A stretch of 64,000 nt of DNA from an uncultured Clostridia bacterium (GCA_930990515.1 CAKNPS010000001.1:226661-290660); one strand, 5' to 3'. Counted from the stretch's first letter, positions 18,217-29,470 are shown. Notes: generated by a model not told the origin, from the letters alone. Numbers and translations: made by a program.

Positions 18217-19458
18217 TTATTTCAATGAATAATTTTCTTTGAAATCGAGAAGATTGTATGCCACAATTTTAAGTTGTTCATAAGTTATACCGCCTTGAAA
18301 ATAGGCAATATATGGCTTTTTGATTGGACTATCGCAAGAAAGTTCAATTGATGCACCTTCAACAAATGTTCCAGCCGCCATAATAACCTGAGTTGTGTAA
18401 CCTACCATATCATAAGGAATTGGAAGTGCATTGCTATCAATAGGAGAAAGTTTTTGAATGAGTTGAACAAATTTAATAAGTTCTTCTTCCGTATCAAAAA
18501 CTATCGACTTTATGATATCATAAGAATTTTCAGTCGTGTCTGGAATTATTTTATACCCTTGTCTTTTCATAACTTCGCCAATTAAATATGCCCCTTTAAT
18601 CGCTTGACAAACAATATGTGGTGCCATAAATAGCCCTTGATAAAATAGACGATAACCTGCTTCATATGAGCCCGTTTCTCTGCCAAGTGATGGGCAAGTC
18701 AAACGGTTTTCAATTAAAGAAAGAGCTTTCTTTGTTCCAACAATATACCCACCAGTTGGAGCTAGTGAGCCACCAATATTTTTAATCAAACTCCCCACAC
18801 ATACATCAGCACCAACATTTGTTGGTTCAATTTTTTCGACAAATTCACCATAGCAATTATCAACCACAACAAAGGAGTTTGGAGAAATTTCTTTGACACT
18901 TTTAATTATTTCTTCCATATCATAAACGGAAAGTGCTTTGCGGGAAGAATATCCCCTTGACCTTTGGATAAAAATAACTCTTGGTTTCAACTTCTTTGTG
19001 ATTTTCAAGATTTCATTAATTTTAAAAGTGGAATCTTCATTTAAGTCAATAAATTTGAAGTTAACTCCGTAACTTTCTAAACTCAAGTTGTCCTTACCAA
19101 ACAAAGTTTCATTCAGTGTGTCATACAAATCTCCAGAAATGGAAAGCAAAGTATCTTTCGGACGAAGAAGTCCATACAAAACTGTGGAAATTGCGTGAGT
19201 GCCTGTTGTCAAATGCGGAGTTACAATCGCATCTTCTGTTCCAAAGATTTCGGTAAAAAGTTTACTAAGTCCTTCCTTTCCCTTATCAGTATAGCCATAG
19301 CCAGTTGTCCCAGCAAAATGCTGATTAGTGATTTCGTGCTTGTTAAAGGCATTCAAAACTTTGTTTTGATTAAAAAAGGCAATTTCATCAAGGATTTTAA
19401 ACCTATCTTTTAAACTATCTTCAATTTCTTCTAAAATTTTGAGTTTTTCTTCTTCCAT
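18217..19458 (-). CDS. YnbB-like PLP protein (methionine gamma-lyase / aluminium-resistance family)
   Basis: TTGYGY, GTHAI, IQRSRGYS, DNCYGEFVE, GSLIKN.GG, IMAAGTF; follows miaA. Confidence 0.9.
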   Translation of the reverse strand: MEEEKLKILEEIEDSLKDRFKILDEIAFFNQNKVLNAFNKHEITNQHFAGTTGYGYTDKGKEGLSKLFTEIFGTEDAIVTPHLTTGTHAISTVLYGLLRPKDTLLSISGDLYDTLNETLFGKDNLSLESYGVNFKFIDLNEDSTFKINEILKITKKLKPRVIFIQRSRGYSSRKALSVYDMEEIIKSVKEISPNSFVVVDNCYGEFVEKIEPTNVGADVCVGSLIKNIGGSLAPTGGYIVGTKKALSLIENRLTCPSLGRETGSYEAGYRLFYQGLFMAPHIVCQAIKGAYLIGEVMKRQGYKIIPDTTENSYDIIKSIVFDTEEELIKFVQLIQKLSPIDSNALPIPYDMVGYTTQVIMAAGTFVEGASIELSCDSPIKKPYIAYFQGGITYEQLKIVAYNLLDFKENYSLK

Positions 19459-19467
19459 ATCTACCTT

Positions 19468-20373
19468 CTATTTTTTCCAAGTCTTAACTTTTTTACTTAT
19501 TTCTTTGATTGCATCATTTAAATTTTCAACATCAATATAGTTTACATTGTCCATTCCACGAAGAAATGTAAGTTGTCGTTTTGCATAATTTCGAGAATGT
19601 TTTTTAATAAGTTCGGCCATTTCGTCATAGGAAATTTCGCCATCAAGATAAGCATAAACTTCCTTATAGCCGATTGCTTTCATTGATTGGCAATCTCTTG
19701 TCACCCCAGCATCTTTCAAACTTTTAACTTCTTCAATAAGCCCATTTTTAAGCATAATATCCACACGCTTATTAATTCTTTCATACAAAGTCTTTCGGTC
19801 TAGTGTAAGAGCAAAAACAAGTGCATCAATCTCGCTTTCAGATGTTTTCTTTTCGCCCTTAAAATGAGAAATTTCAAGTGCCCTAATAACTCTTTGTGGA
19901 TTGTGTCTATCAATGTTTTCAGCAAGTGTTTTGTCTTCAGAAGAAAGTCTTTCATACAAACTTTCCAGTCCTTTTTCTTCAAGGAGTTTGTTTAATTTAT
20001 CTCTAAACTCTTCATCAACTCCCACTCCACCAAAGTTATAATTCAAAATTAGCGATTTTACATATAGACTTGTGCCACCAACAACAATAGGAAGTTTTCC
20101 GCGTGAAGTTATTTCAGTAATCTTCTTTTTCATTTCTTCAACAAATTGAAAAGATGTGAAAGTTTCTGTCGGTTCTTTAATGTCAATTAAGTGATGTGGT
20201 ATTCCCTGTTTTTCTTCTTCCATTACCTTTGCTGAACCTATGTCAAGTCCACGGAAAATTTGCACGGAATCACAAGATATGATTTCTCCATCAAAAAGTT
20301 TGGCAATTTCCACAGAAACCGCCGTTTTCCCCACTGCTGTTGGCCCTAAAATAAACAAAACTTGTGTTTTCAT
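19468..20373 (-). CDS. miaA: tRNA dimethylallyltransferase
   Basis: GPTAVGKT, DSVQIFRGLDIGSAK, VGGTSLY, YAKRQLT. Confidence 0.95.
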   Translation of the reverse strand: MKTQVLFILGPTAVGKTAVSVEIAKLFDGEIISCDSVQIFRGLDIGSAKVMEEEKQGIPHHLIDIKEPTETFTSFQFVEEMKKKITEITSRGKLPIVVGGTSLYVKSLILNYNFGGVGVDEEFRDKLNKLLEEKGLESLYERLSSEDKTLAENIDRHNPQRVIRALEISHFKGEKKTSESEIDALVFALTLDRKTLYERINKRVDIMLKNGLIEEVKSLKDAGVTRDCQSMKAIGYKEVYAYLDGEISYDEMAELIKKHSRNYAKRQLTFLRGMDNVNYIDVENLNDAIKEISKKVKTWKK

Positions 20374-22328
20374 TACAAAACCCTTTTAAACATCTTCTCA
20401 AAATCTTTCTTGGTTATTTTCACAATGATTGGTCGCCCATGTGGGCAAAGAAGCACACCTTTTTTCATTTCTCCAATAAGATATGCAATTTGTTCTTTTG
20501 TGACTGAATCTCCTGCACGAATGGCATGCTTACAAGCAGTTTGACAAAGTTTTTCGTTAATAAATTCACTTGCCTTTTTATCTTTCAAAGTTTCATCACC
20601 CAAAATTTCTTCAACAAATTTGTTTAATGAAATGCTTGATAAAAGGAATGGCACAGACTTAATTTTGAAATCTTGCCCATGATCTTCCACATCAAAACCA
20701 ATTTCTTTCAAATTTGGAATTTTGCTTGAAAACTTCTCGGCATCTTCGTGTTGAAGAGAAAATTCATAAGGGAAAAGTAAATCTTGTTTTATAATTTCCT
20801 TTTCATCAATTTGTTTTTTTAGTTTGTCATAGAGTTGTCTTTCGTGCATTGCGTGTTGGTCAATAACATAGACACTATCTTCATATTCTGTCAAGATATA
20901 TGTTTTAAAAACCACTCCCACAATCTTAATTTCGGCATTTTCTTGAAGAAAAGTTTCTTCTTTCTTTTCTTCCACTTTTGGAGTTTCTTTAAAAACAGGT
21001 GGAGCAGAATTTAAGTCCACTTCTTCAATAAGTCTGTCTTCTTCTTGATCAAAGAAAATATAACCACCTGGCTTATTTTTCTTTCGATCTTCCGATTTTA
21101 TGGAAGAAAAATTTGGCATATTGATTGTTTCAATTCCCATATCTTGCAAATCTTTCGGCGATATGATTTCATCATTATCATCCTTAGTCACTTTGATGTT
21201 GAAACTTTTGCCTTCATCTCTTGCAAGTGGATTAAACCTAAGTTCTGTGTCAAAAGAAGTTCTCTGCGGATTTTCATCGTTTTCAATGGAAAACTTTGAC
21301 CAATCTTTTTCTTCCCGACTTGTAAATTCAAAGTCAGCAATAAGATTTGTTCCAACAAGAGCCTTTTCCACCGCTTTTCTTACAACCATAAAAACTTTGG
21401 AATTTTCTTGAAATTTAACTTCCTTTTTGTTTGGATGGACATTGACATCAACTTTGTCAAAAGGAATTTTCAAGTTTAAAATATAGATTGGAAAACGATT
21501 TTTCATCAAAAAATGCTCATAAGCACCTTGAATGCAAGCGGAAATTTGATAATTCACAACATATCTACCATTCACAAAAAGAGTTTGATAGGTTCTATTT
21601 GGTCTTGAAATCTTTGGAGCGCTAATATAACCGCTAACTTCCACATCATCTGCCTTGTAATTTATTTCTAAAAGATTGTCATAAACTTCTCGCCCATAAA
21701 TAAGGTAAATTACATCTTTTAAATTGTTTGTTGTACTATTATAAACACATTTTTCGTCTGCATAATATTCAAAAGAAATCTCAGGATGAGCAAGCATAAA
21801 TTTTTCAATTAAACTTGTGATTTCCCCTTCTTCAAGTTTTGGTCTTTTCAAAAATTTAGCTCGCGCTGGAGTGTTATAAAAAAGGTTTCTAACGGCAATG
21901 CTTGTCCCTTTAGTGAAAGCAATTTCACTAACTTTAGAAATTTCTCCACCATTTGCTTCAATCAAATAACCGCTTTCTGCATTTTCTGTCTTTGTGGAAA
22001 GTGTCACCATTGAAACGGAAGCGATGCTCGCAAGTGCTTCTCCACGAAAACCAAGTGTGGCAATCGTGTCCAAATCGTCAACATCTTGAATTTTGCTGGT
22101 GGCGTGTGGCATAAAAGCAAGTGGTAAATCGTCTTTTTCAATTCCAGAACCATTGTCAGTAACAACAATTTCCTTAATTCCACCTTCTTTTACTTCAATT
22201 TTAATCTTGTTTGCACCTGCATCAATGCTGTTTTCCACAAGTTCTTTGACAACACTTGCTGGTCTTTCAACAACTTCGCCCGCTGCAATTCGATTGTATA
22301 TTCTTGGACTAAGCACATTAATTTTCAT
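20373..22328 (-). CDS. mutL: DNA mismatch repair endonuclease MutL
   Basis: IAAGEVVERPASVVKELVENSIDAG, GFRGEALASI, DQHAMHER, CPHGRP. Confidence 0.97.
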   Translation of the reverse strand: MKINVLSPRIYNRIAAGEVVERPASVVKELVENSIDAGANKIKIEVKEGGIKEIVVTDNGSGIEKDDLPLAFMPHATSKIQDVDDLDTIATLGFRGEALASIASVSMVTLSTKTENAESGYLIEANGGEISKVSEIAFTKGTSIAVRNLFYNTPARAKFLKRPKLEEGEITSLIEKFMLAHPEISFEYYADEKCVYNSTTNNLKDVIYLIYGREVYDNLLEINYKADDVEVSGYISAPKISRPNRTYQTLFVNGRYVVNYQISACIQGAYEHFLMKNRFPIYILNLKIPFDKVDVNVHPNKKEVKFQENSKVFMVVRKAVEKALVGTNLIADFEFTSREEKDWSKFSIENDENPQRTSFDTELRFNPLARDEGKSFNIKVTKDDNDEIISPKDLQDMGIETINMPNFSSIKSEDRKKNKPGGYIFFDQEEDRLIEEVDLNSAPPVFKETPKVEEKKEETFLQENAEIKIVGVVFKTYILTEYEDSVYVIDQHAMHERQLYDKLKKQIDEKEIIKQDLLFPYEFSLQHEDAEKFSSKIPNLKEIGFDVEDHGQDFKIKSVPFLLSSISLNKFVEEILGDETLKDKKASEFINEKLCQTACKHAIRAGDSVTKEQIAYLIGEMKKGVLLCPHGRPIIVKITKKDFEKMFKRVL

Positions 22329-22337
22329 ACCTATCTC

Positions 22338-24944
22338 CTATTCTTTTGATTTTTCGACCAAATCATTTAAAATTTCAAAACTTTCCATAGGTGAAACTCT
22401 GTTCATATCAATATCTTTCAATATTGACAAAAGTTTCAAGCCAAGTTTAGAGTTTTTCTCCGCTTGTCTTCTTTCTTCGTCTTCAGAAAAGATGTTTAAA
22501 TCAAGTTTCTGATTAACTTTTTCAAGGTTTTTACTAATTTCCTTCGCTCTTTCAATCACCGCTTCCGGAACACCAGCAAGTTCAGCAACTTCCACACCAA
22601 AACTTTTGCTTGCGTGCCCACGAATGATTTTTCTTAAAAAGACAATCTTGTCGCCGATTTCTTTCACAGTGATTTTATAGTTCTTAACACCTGAAATCAC
22701 TCCTTCAAGTTCACTTAATTCGTGATAGTGTGTGGCGAAAAGAGTTTTACATTTTAAGTTCTTTGCAATATATTCAACAACAGCCCAAGCAATTGAAAGT
22801 CCATCAAAAGTGGAAGTTCCGCGTCCAATTTCGTCCAAAACAACCAGACTATCTTTTGTTGCATTGGCAAGAATGTTGGCAACTTCGCTCATTTCAACCA
22901 TAAAAGTACTTTGCCCAAAAGCAAGGTCATCACTTGCCCCAACACGAGTGAAAATTCTGTCCGTTATGGAAATTTCTGCACTTTTTGCAGGAACAAAACT
23001 TCCAAGGTGTGCCATAAATGTGATGAGGGCAACTTGTCGCATATATGTGCTTTTCCCTGCCATATTAGGTCCAGTAATAATCATCATTTTGTTGTCTTCA
23101 CAGTCAAGAAGTGTGTCGTTTGTGATGAAAGTAGAGTTTTTAACAAATTGCTCAACAATTGGGTGTCGCCCATCAACAATTTTAATAGATTTTACATTTT
23201 TATTTATCACTGGCCTTACAAAATTGTTTTTAACAGCAACTTCTGCAAAAGACAAAATCATATCAATTTCGGCAATAATTTTTGAAACCTTTTGGAAGTT
23301 TTTAATAAAGCCTACAAGGTAATCAACTAAAGTTGTGTAAATTTTCCTCTCAAGTTTGATAATCTTCTCTTCTGCAGTTTCAATCTTTTCTTCAAGTTCG
23401 GCAAGTTCAGTTGTGATATATCTTTCGTTATTTGCCAGCGTTTGTCGTCTTTGATAGCGAAGTGGAACAAGTTCGCTTTGAAGTTTACTTACTTCAATAT
23501 AATAGCCAAAAACACTGTTATAACCAATTTTTAAGGTTTTAATTCCAGTCTCTTCTCTTTCGCGTTTCTCTAACTCTTTAATCCATTCTTTACCGTTAGA
23601 TTTAATGCTTCTAAGTTCATCTAACTCTTCATTGAAACCATCTTCAATATAGCCACCTTCTCTTAACACTGCTGGTGGTTGCTCTTTTATGGCATTTTTT
23701 AAAAGTTTGGCAATTTCAGAAAAGTCTTCAATTTCATCTCTGAGTTGTGTAAGTTTTTTAGATTTTGCAGTCTTTAAAGTGTTTTTAACTTCTGGCAAAA
23801 CTTCTAGCGATGTCCTTAAATTGACAATATCTTTAGGCATAATGTCGCCATAGCCAATTTTTCCGCTTATTCTTTCAATATCATAAATTTGCTTTAAACT
23901 TTCAGAAAGTCTATCTCGCATAATTAGGTTTTTGGTCAGTTCTTCAACACTATCAAGTCTTTCATTAATTATGGTAGAATTTTTTGAAGGTTTGTCAAAG
24001 TTTTCTCTAAATCTTCTCGCCCCCATACTTGTTTTAGTCTTATCTAAAAGCCACAAAAGACTCCCATATTTCTTTCTTTCGCGAATACTCTCCACAAGTT
24101 CCAAATTTCGCCTTGTGTTCATATCAATAATAAGATTGTTTTCATTTAGGTGTTTAATAATTTTGTTGATGTTTTTAATGGAACGTTTTTGTGTTTCGTT
24201 GAGATATTCCATTAAAACACCAATAGCAATCATCTCAAGATTGTTTTTAAGTTCAAAAACTTGAATGGCATTGTCACCAAATTGTTTTAAAATGTTGTCC
24301 TTGCATTTATCTAAATTGAAGACATATTCATAATATTCTTCAAATTTTGGACAATTTCCAATGTTTTGAAGTTGAAGATTATTATAAAACTCTTTTGCTT
24401 CACGGTTACCTATTACTTCGCTTGGAGTTAAAGTTGTGAAAATGTCAGTAAAATTTGCTTCCAAATTGGAAGTTAAAATGTAGGTATGAACTTCGCCTGT
24501 TGTTATGTCGCTATACGAAATTGCAAGATTTTCTCTCTCCTTGTATAAGCACATAATGTAGTTATTCTTACGTTCATCAAGCATACTATCTTCTGTGACA
24601 GTCCCAGGTGTGACAACCTTTATGACATCACGTTCAACAATTTGTCCAGGTTTTGGATCAGTTAGTTGTTCACAAATTGCCACCTTATATCCCATTTGGA
24701 CAAGTTTTGCAATATAACCTTCTGCAGCGTGATATGGCACCCCACACATTGGTGCACGTTCTTCTCTTCCGCAATTTTTTCCAGTGAGTGTTAAGTCCAA
24801 AACTTTGGAGATTTCAATCGCATCTTCATTGAAAAGTTCATAAAAATCGCCAAGACGATAAAAAAGTATGCAATCTTTATATTGCTCTTTGACGTTTTCA
24901 TAATGTCGCATCATTGGCGAAGTTTTATCATTTTTATCAATCAT
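22338..24944 (-). CDS. mutS: DNA mismatch repair protein MutS
   Basis: SPMMRHY, GDFYELF, TGPNMAGKSTYMRQ, STFMVEM, DEIGRGTST. Confidence 0.97.
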   Translation of the reverse strand: MIDKNDKTSPMMRHYENVKEQYKDCILFYRLGDFYELFNEDAIEISKVLDLTLTGKNCGREERAPMCGVPYHAAEGYIAKLVQMGYKVAICEQLTDPKPGQIVERDVIKVVTPGTVTEDSMLDERKNNYIMCLYKERENLAISYSDITTGEVHTYILTSNLEANFTDIFTTLTPSEVIGNREAKEFYNNLQLQNIGNCPKFEEYYEYVFNLDKCKDNILKQFGDNAIQVFELKNNLEMIAIGVLMEYLNETQKRSIKNINKIIKHLNENNLIIDMNTRRNLELVESIRERKKYGSLLWLLDKTKTSMGARRFRENFDKPSKNSTIINERLDSVEELTKNLIMRDRLSESLKQIYDIERISGKIGYGDIMPKDIVNLRTSLEVLPEVKNTLKTAKSKKLTQLRDEIEDFSEIAKLLKNAIKEQPPAVLREGGYIEDGFNEELDELRSIKSNGKEWIKELEKREREETGIKTLKIGYNSVFGYYIEVSKLQSELVPLRYQRRQTLANNERYITTELAELEEKIETAEEKIIKLERKIYTTLVDYLVGFIKNFQKVSKIIAEIDMILSFAEVAVKNNFVRPVINKNVKSIKIVDGRHPIVEQFVKNSTFITNDTLLDCEDNKMMIITGPNMAGKSTYMRQVALITFMAHLGSFVPAKSAEISITDRIFTRVGASDDLAFGQSTFMVEMSEVANILANATKDSLVVLDEIGRGTSTFDGLSIAWAVVEYIAKNLKCKTLFATHYHELSELEGVISGVKNYKITVKEIGDKIVFLRKIIRGHASKSFGVEVAELAGVPEAVIERAKEISKNLEKVNQKLDLNIFSEDEERRQAEKNSKLGLKLLSILKDIDMNRVSPMESFEILNDLVEKSKE

Positions 24945-26061
24945 TTTTCTTTTCCTCTTGTATTTCTTTTTCAAGTTTCAAAAGAGCATTAACTCTTTTT
25001 CTCTTGACTTTTTCATCAATCTGTCCTTCCATTTGAGCGGCAACTGTCCCTTCGCGTGGAGAATACATAAATGCAAAAATACCGTCAAACTTAACTTCTT
25101 TAACGAGTCTCATTGTGTCTTCAAATTCTTCTTCAGTTTCAGTTGGAAAGCCGACAATAAAGTCAGATGTAATTCTCGCATCTGGAATTTTTTCGCGAAT
25201 TTCTTTAATTATGGAAAGATATTTTTCACAAGTGTATTTTCTGTTCATAAGTTTCAAAATGCGATTGTTTCCGCTTTGTGCAGGTAAATGAATATCTTTC
25301 AAAATTTTGTCTTCACTTGCAATCACATCAATCACTTCACTTGTCAAATCTTTTGGGTGTGAAGTCATAAATGTAAGTTTGAAATCTCCATCAATTTCAC
25401 AGATTTTTTTGAGAAGTCTAGCAAAATTTTCGCCTGTTTTAAGGTCATTTCCATAAGAGTTGACATTTTGTCCTAGCAAAGTGATTTTCTTGTATTTCCC
25501 TTCGCTTACAATTTCTCTAATCTCTTTCAAAATGTTTTCTTCGCTTCGGCTTTTTTCTCGCCCACGAACATAAGGAACAATACAATAAGTGCAAAAATTG
25601 TTGCACCCTTGCATAATATTCACCCAAGCATTTTCACCACTTGTTCTTTTGTATGGAACGCTTTCATCAGGGTCTCCTTCGTTTAAAAGTTCAAGTTGTC
25701 GCCCTTTCTTCACAGCATTTATGTAATATTCAAAATTTGGAAGATTGAATGTGCCAATAACAATATCAACAAAAGGAAAAGTCTTCAAAATGTAGTTTGC
25801 TGTCTGCTCTTTTTGTGTCATACAACCACAAACTGCAATAATAACATTAGGACGCTTCTTTTTCAATTTTTTTAACGCCCCAACATTACCAAAAACTCTG
25901 TCTTCTGCACCTTCTCTTATAGCACAAGTATTAAAAATGATTAGGTCAGCATCTTCCCTTTTATCAGTAAGAACATAACCCATTTTTTCGCAAATATAAG
26001 CCAATTTTTCACTCTCGTGAACATTCATTTGGCACCCGTAAGTCACTATTATATATTTCAT
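24937..26061 (-). CDS. miaB: tRNA methylthiotransferase MiaB lacking the C-terminal TRAM domain
   Basis: TYGCQMNVHESE, CNNFCTYCIVPYVRGREKSR, FMTSHPKD, YSPREGT; miaB-mutS-mutL-miaA synteny. Confidence 0.88.
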   Translation of the reverse strand: MKYIIVTYGCQMNVHESEKLAYICEKMGYVLTDKREDADLIIFNTCAIREGAEDRVFGNVGALKKLKKKRPNVIIAVCGCMTQKEQTANYILKTFPFVDIVIGTFNLPNFEYYINAVKKGRQLELLNEGDPDESVPYKRTSGENAWVNIMQGCNNFCTYCIVPYVRGREKSRSEENILKEIREIVSEGKYKKITLLGQNVNSYGNDLKTGENFARLLKKICEIDGDFKLTFMTSHPKDLTSEVIDVIASEDKILKDIHLPAQSGNNRILKLMNRKYTCEKYLSIIKEIREKIPDARITSDFIVGFPTETEEEFEDTMRLVKEVKFDGIFAFMYSPREGTVAAQMEGQIDEKVKRKRVNALLKLEKEIQEEKKND

Positions 26062-26069
26062 AATAGTAT

Positions 26070-26098
26070 ATTATACATTAAAAAAATAAATTTGGCAA
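26070..26098 (-). promoter_or_regulatory. sigmaA promoter of the miaB-mutSL-miaA operon, near-leaderless
   Basis: TTGCCA-17 bp-TATAAT, 8 nt before the ATG; no SD. Confidence 0.65.
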
Positions 26099-26142
26099 GT
26101 GACAAAATGTATTTTTGAGAAAATTCGAAACATAATAGAAAA

Positions 26143-28392
26143 ATGAAGAAAATTGTCAAAATATGTCTTGTTTCCACATTTTTAATAGTTTTCTCGCTTG
26201 TATGTTTTGCCGGGACTTATTTTCTTGTTTCTTACATAAAATTTTCACATCTTGAACTCAATGCTGATGCTTTGACATCTCCTAGTCTAGAAATTGAAGT
26301 CTATGATAATGACGGCAACATTTTAGAAGAAGAAAACAATTTTAATAGCAAATATGTCGAAATTGAAGATTTAAGCGAAGACACAAAAAATGCCTTTTTG
26401 AGCATTGAAGATAAAGATTTTTATAAACATAATGGCATAAATAAAAAGAGAATTTTAAAAGCAATCTATAACAACCTAAAATCATTTTCCTTAAAAGAAG
26501 GTGCTTCCACCATAAGCCAGCAATTAATCAAAAACACACATCTTTCAAATGAAAAAACTTTTGAAAGAAAAATTAAAGAGTTAGTTTTAACTAAAAAACT
26601 TGAAAAAAACTTCGATAAAGACGAAATTTTAGAGTTCTATTTAAACATAATCTATTTTGGAAATAATTGCTATGGTTTAGAGAGCGCCTCAAACTTTTAT
26701 TTCAATAAAGATGCCAAGGACTTATCTCTCAACGAGAGTGCTCTTCTTGCTGGACTTATCAAATCTCCAAACAAATACTCTCCCATTTCTCATAAAGAAA
26801 ATGCCTTAAAAAGAAGAAATTTGGTTTTGAAAGAAATGGAAAAAGATGAAAAAATTTCTCCAAATGACTACATTCAAAATTCTTCAAAAGACATTGAACT
26901 TGACCTTCATAAAGAATGTGGAAATAAGATTAACACATATTCGGAAGCAAGCATTGATGAAGCAAGAAAAATCTTAAACTTGCCAGCAAAACAAATTGCC
27001 ATTGGTGGTTTTAAAATTTACACATATCAAGATAGTGAAAAACAAGAAATTTTGAATAATAGCCTTGCATCAGTCGATTTTCAAGGCACAGACTATGCTG
27101 GAATTGTCATAGAAAACAAAACGCACGGAATTTCAGCATATCTTGGAAATGGGGCGTATAAAATTCTGGACACAAAAAGACAACTAGGCTCCACCATAAA
27201 ACCAATTCTTGTCTATGCTCCAGCCTTTAACGAAAATGTCATAACAGAAGAAACGGAAATTTTGGACGAAAAAGTGAAAATTGGCGATTATTCTCCAAGC
27301 AATGTCGGCGAAAAATATAACGGATACATTTCAGTTAAAGATGCTGTCAAAAAATCGGTCAACACGGTTGCTATCAAGGTTTTGAGTTATGTCGGCATTG
27401 ACACTGGAAAAATGTATGCTGAAAAATTAGGTTTCACATTTGATGAAAAAGATGATAGTTATGCCCTTGCTCTTGGTGGAATGACTTATGGGGAAAATTT
27501 GAAAACTCTCACAAATGCATATACAACTTTTGCAAATTTAGGAAATTTTGACGATGCAGTTTTTGTTTCTCACATAACTGATAAAAATGGCAAAGTAATT
27601 TACAAACATAAAACAAATGAAAGAATGGTATTTAGAGAAGATAGTGCCTATCTTATGACTGACATCTTAAAAGAAACTGCAAAAAGTGGAACTGCCAGAA
27701 AACTTGCTGACATTGAAAACACTGAAATTGCATCAAAAACTGGAACAGTTGGGAAACGAAGCGGAAACACAGATGCCTATAATATCTCCTACACCCCTGA
27801 TTATGCTATTGGTGTTTGGTGCGGAAATCTTGATAACAAACTTATGTCAATAAATGGCGGAAATGAACCAACTGAAGCAGTCAAAAACTTTGTGAAAAAC
27901 ACTAAGCACAAAGAAAAAACATTCAAGCAAACTTCTCTTGTGACAACAGCAAAAATTGACTTACTAGAAAAAGAAAAAAATCATAAAATAGTTCTTGCTT
28001 CTCCTTACACACCTGACCGTTATACAAGCGTTTGCACATTTTCTCGCTTTAATATGCCAAATGAAATCTCCACAAATTTCGTTGAACTTAAAGAAATTGA
28101 AGCCGATGTTAAAAGAGAAAATAGCACCGCAATTCTCACTTTAATCCCAGAAAAACAGATTAAATATGACATATATTTAAACGGAGAATATTATCGCACA
28201 ATCAAAGAAAAAGATGAAGAACTTAAAATCACAATGCCACTTACTAGAGAAGAAAATGAAATAAAAATTAAATCGTCTTTTTCTAATTTTGAAAACTCTC
28301 CTGAAAAAGAAAAAGAGTTTAAGATTGAAAATAAAAATGCGTGGTTAAAAGAACAAACACAAAAACAAAAAAAAGATAAATGGTATATATAA
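26143..28392 (+). CDS. Class A penicillin-binding protein (transglycosylase + transpeptidase)
   Basis: EDKDFYKHNG, GASTISQQLIKN, RKIKE, GSTIKP (SxxK), SVN, KTGT. Confidence 0.92.
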   Translation: MKKIVKICLVSTFLIVFSLVCFAGTYFLVSYIKFSHLELNADALTSPSLEIEVYDNDGNILEEENNFNSKYVEIEDLSEDTKNAFLSIEDKDFYKHNGINKKRILKAIYNNLKSFSLKEGASTISQQLIKNTHLSNEKTFERKIKELVLTKKLEKNFDKDEILEFYLNIIYFGNNCYGLESASNFYFNKDAKDLSLNESALLAGLIKSPNKYSPISHKENALKRRNLVLKEMEKDEKISPNDYIQNSSKDIELDLHKECGNKINTYSEASIDEARKILNLPAKQIAIGGFKIYTYQDSEKQEILNNSLASVDFQGTDYAGIVIENKTHGISAYLGNGAYKILDTKRQLGSTIKPILVYAPAFNENVITEETEILDEKVKIGDYSPSNVGEKYNGYISVKDAVKKSVNTVAIKVLSYVGIDTGKMYAEKLGFTFDEKDDSYALALGGMTYGENLKTLTNAYTTFANLGNFDDAVFVSHITDKNGKVIYKHKTNERMVFREDSAYLMTDILKETAKSGTARKLADIENTEIASKTGTVGKRSGNTDAYNISYTPDYAIGVWCGNLDNKLMSINGGNEPTEAVKNFVKNTKHKEKTFKQTSLVTTAKIDLLEKEKNHKIVLASPYTPDRYTSVCTFSRFNMPNEISTNFVELKEIEADVKRENSTAILTLIPEKQIKYDIYLNGEYYRTIKEKDEELKITMPLTREENEIKIKSSFSNFENSPEKEKEFKIENKNAWLKEQTQKQKKDKWYI

Positions 28393-28558
28393 TTAAAAAT
28401 ATTAAAAAATTATTAAAAAATAATATTTTATGCATTTTTTCACAATGTAATTGAATATTTTAATGATTTTTATCAATTTAAATAAAATTAACTAAAAAAA
28501 TTATTAAAAAATAAAAAATAATATTATGCATATTATTTTTTATTTTCCATTAATTGAC

Positions 28559-29470
28559 TTAATTTTTTTCTTTTTGGTTTTCAATGTTTTTTATATAAAA
28601 ATTAAGAATATTTATCGCCCGGTTTGCAGAAGTTTGATTTGTATTTTGAATGTTAAATTTTGAGTTATTAACCATAGCCATATTTTTGTCAACTTCAATA
28701 ATATATTGTCTATGGTATTCTGTCACTTCTTTTAACATTGCAGCATCAAACATGGAACATTCTTTTTTTAAATCCATTTTCATATCTGTCAGTTTAGCAT
28801 CTAATTTTTCCCATTCATCGCCTTCTAATTTGCTTGCTTTTTGCTGAAGAATTGAAATTTCCTCTGCTTTATTAAAAAGTTTTTGATATGGAGATTTTTG
28901 AGTGAGTTGTTCAGCACAAGCGAGCAAGTGTTCAACATGAGTTATATCTTGTTGATATACATCTTTGGTGTCTTTTGTTTGGGCTTCTGCAAAATCTTTG
29001 TATTTTTCATTCAAAATTTTTGCTAATTTTAAATTTAAGATTTCGACATCAGCACCTCTAGAAATAGCTGTCATCAAAGCCTGCTCAAGAAGATTTCTTT
29101 GAGTTGTTGTCACCTGTTCTTCTAAATTATCGTTATCACTCTTATCATAGATTGTTAAGAAAATTGTGTAAAACATTTGTGGAGAGTATGCAATTCTATC
29201 TGAAAGTTTTTCCATATCAATATATTCAACAATATCTCTAGTCAGTGGATAATCAAGATAAAGTTTAGAAAGAAAATTTTGTTTTTTGCTTTCCAAATAA
29301 TCTTCCACTTCTTGTGCTGTTTTTGCTTCCACAAAAAAGTCATCATCTTCTGCAAAAATATGATTATTTAATTCGCTATAAAAATCAGATGCTTCATTTT
29401 TTGTTGCGAAAACCATATTTTGTGGATTTTTTGTATAATAAGCACTTCTCATTCTTAAACTCCTTAGCAT
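28559..29470 (-). CDS. Hypothetical helical protein (orphan-like)
   Basis: 303-aa ORF downstream of recA; no recognisable motif. Confidence 0.7.
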   Translation of the reverse strand: MLRSLRMRSAYYTKNPQNMVFATKNEASDFYSELNNHIFAEDDDFFVEAKTAQEVEDYLESKKQNFLSKLYLDYPLTRDIVEYIDMEKLSDRIAYSPQMFYTIFLTIYDKSDNDNLEEQVTTTQRNLLEQALMTAISRGADVEILNLKLAKILNEKYKDFAEAQTKDTKDVYQQDITHVEHLLACAEQLTQKSPYQKLFNKAEEISILQQKASKLEGDEWEKLDAKLTDMKMDLKKECSMFDAAMLKEVTEYHRQYIIEVDKNMAMVNNSKFNIQNTNQTSANRAINILNFYIKNIENQKEKN

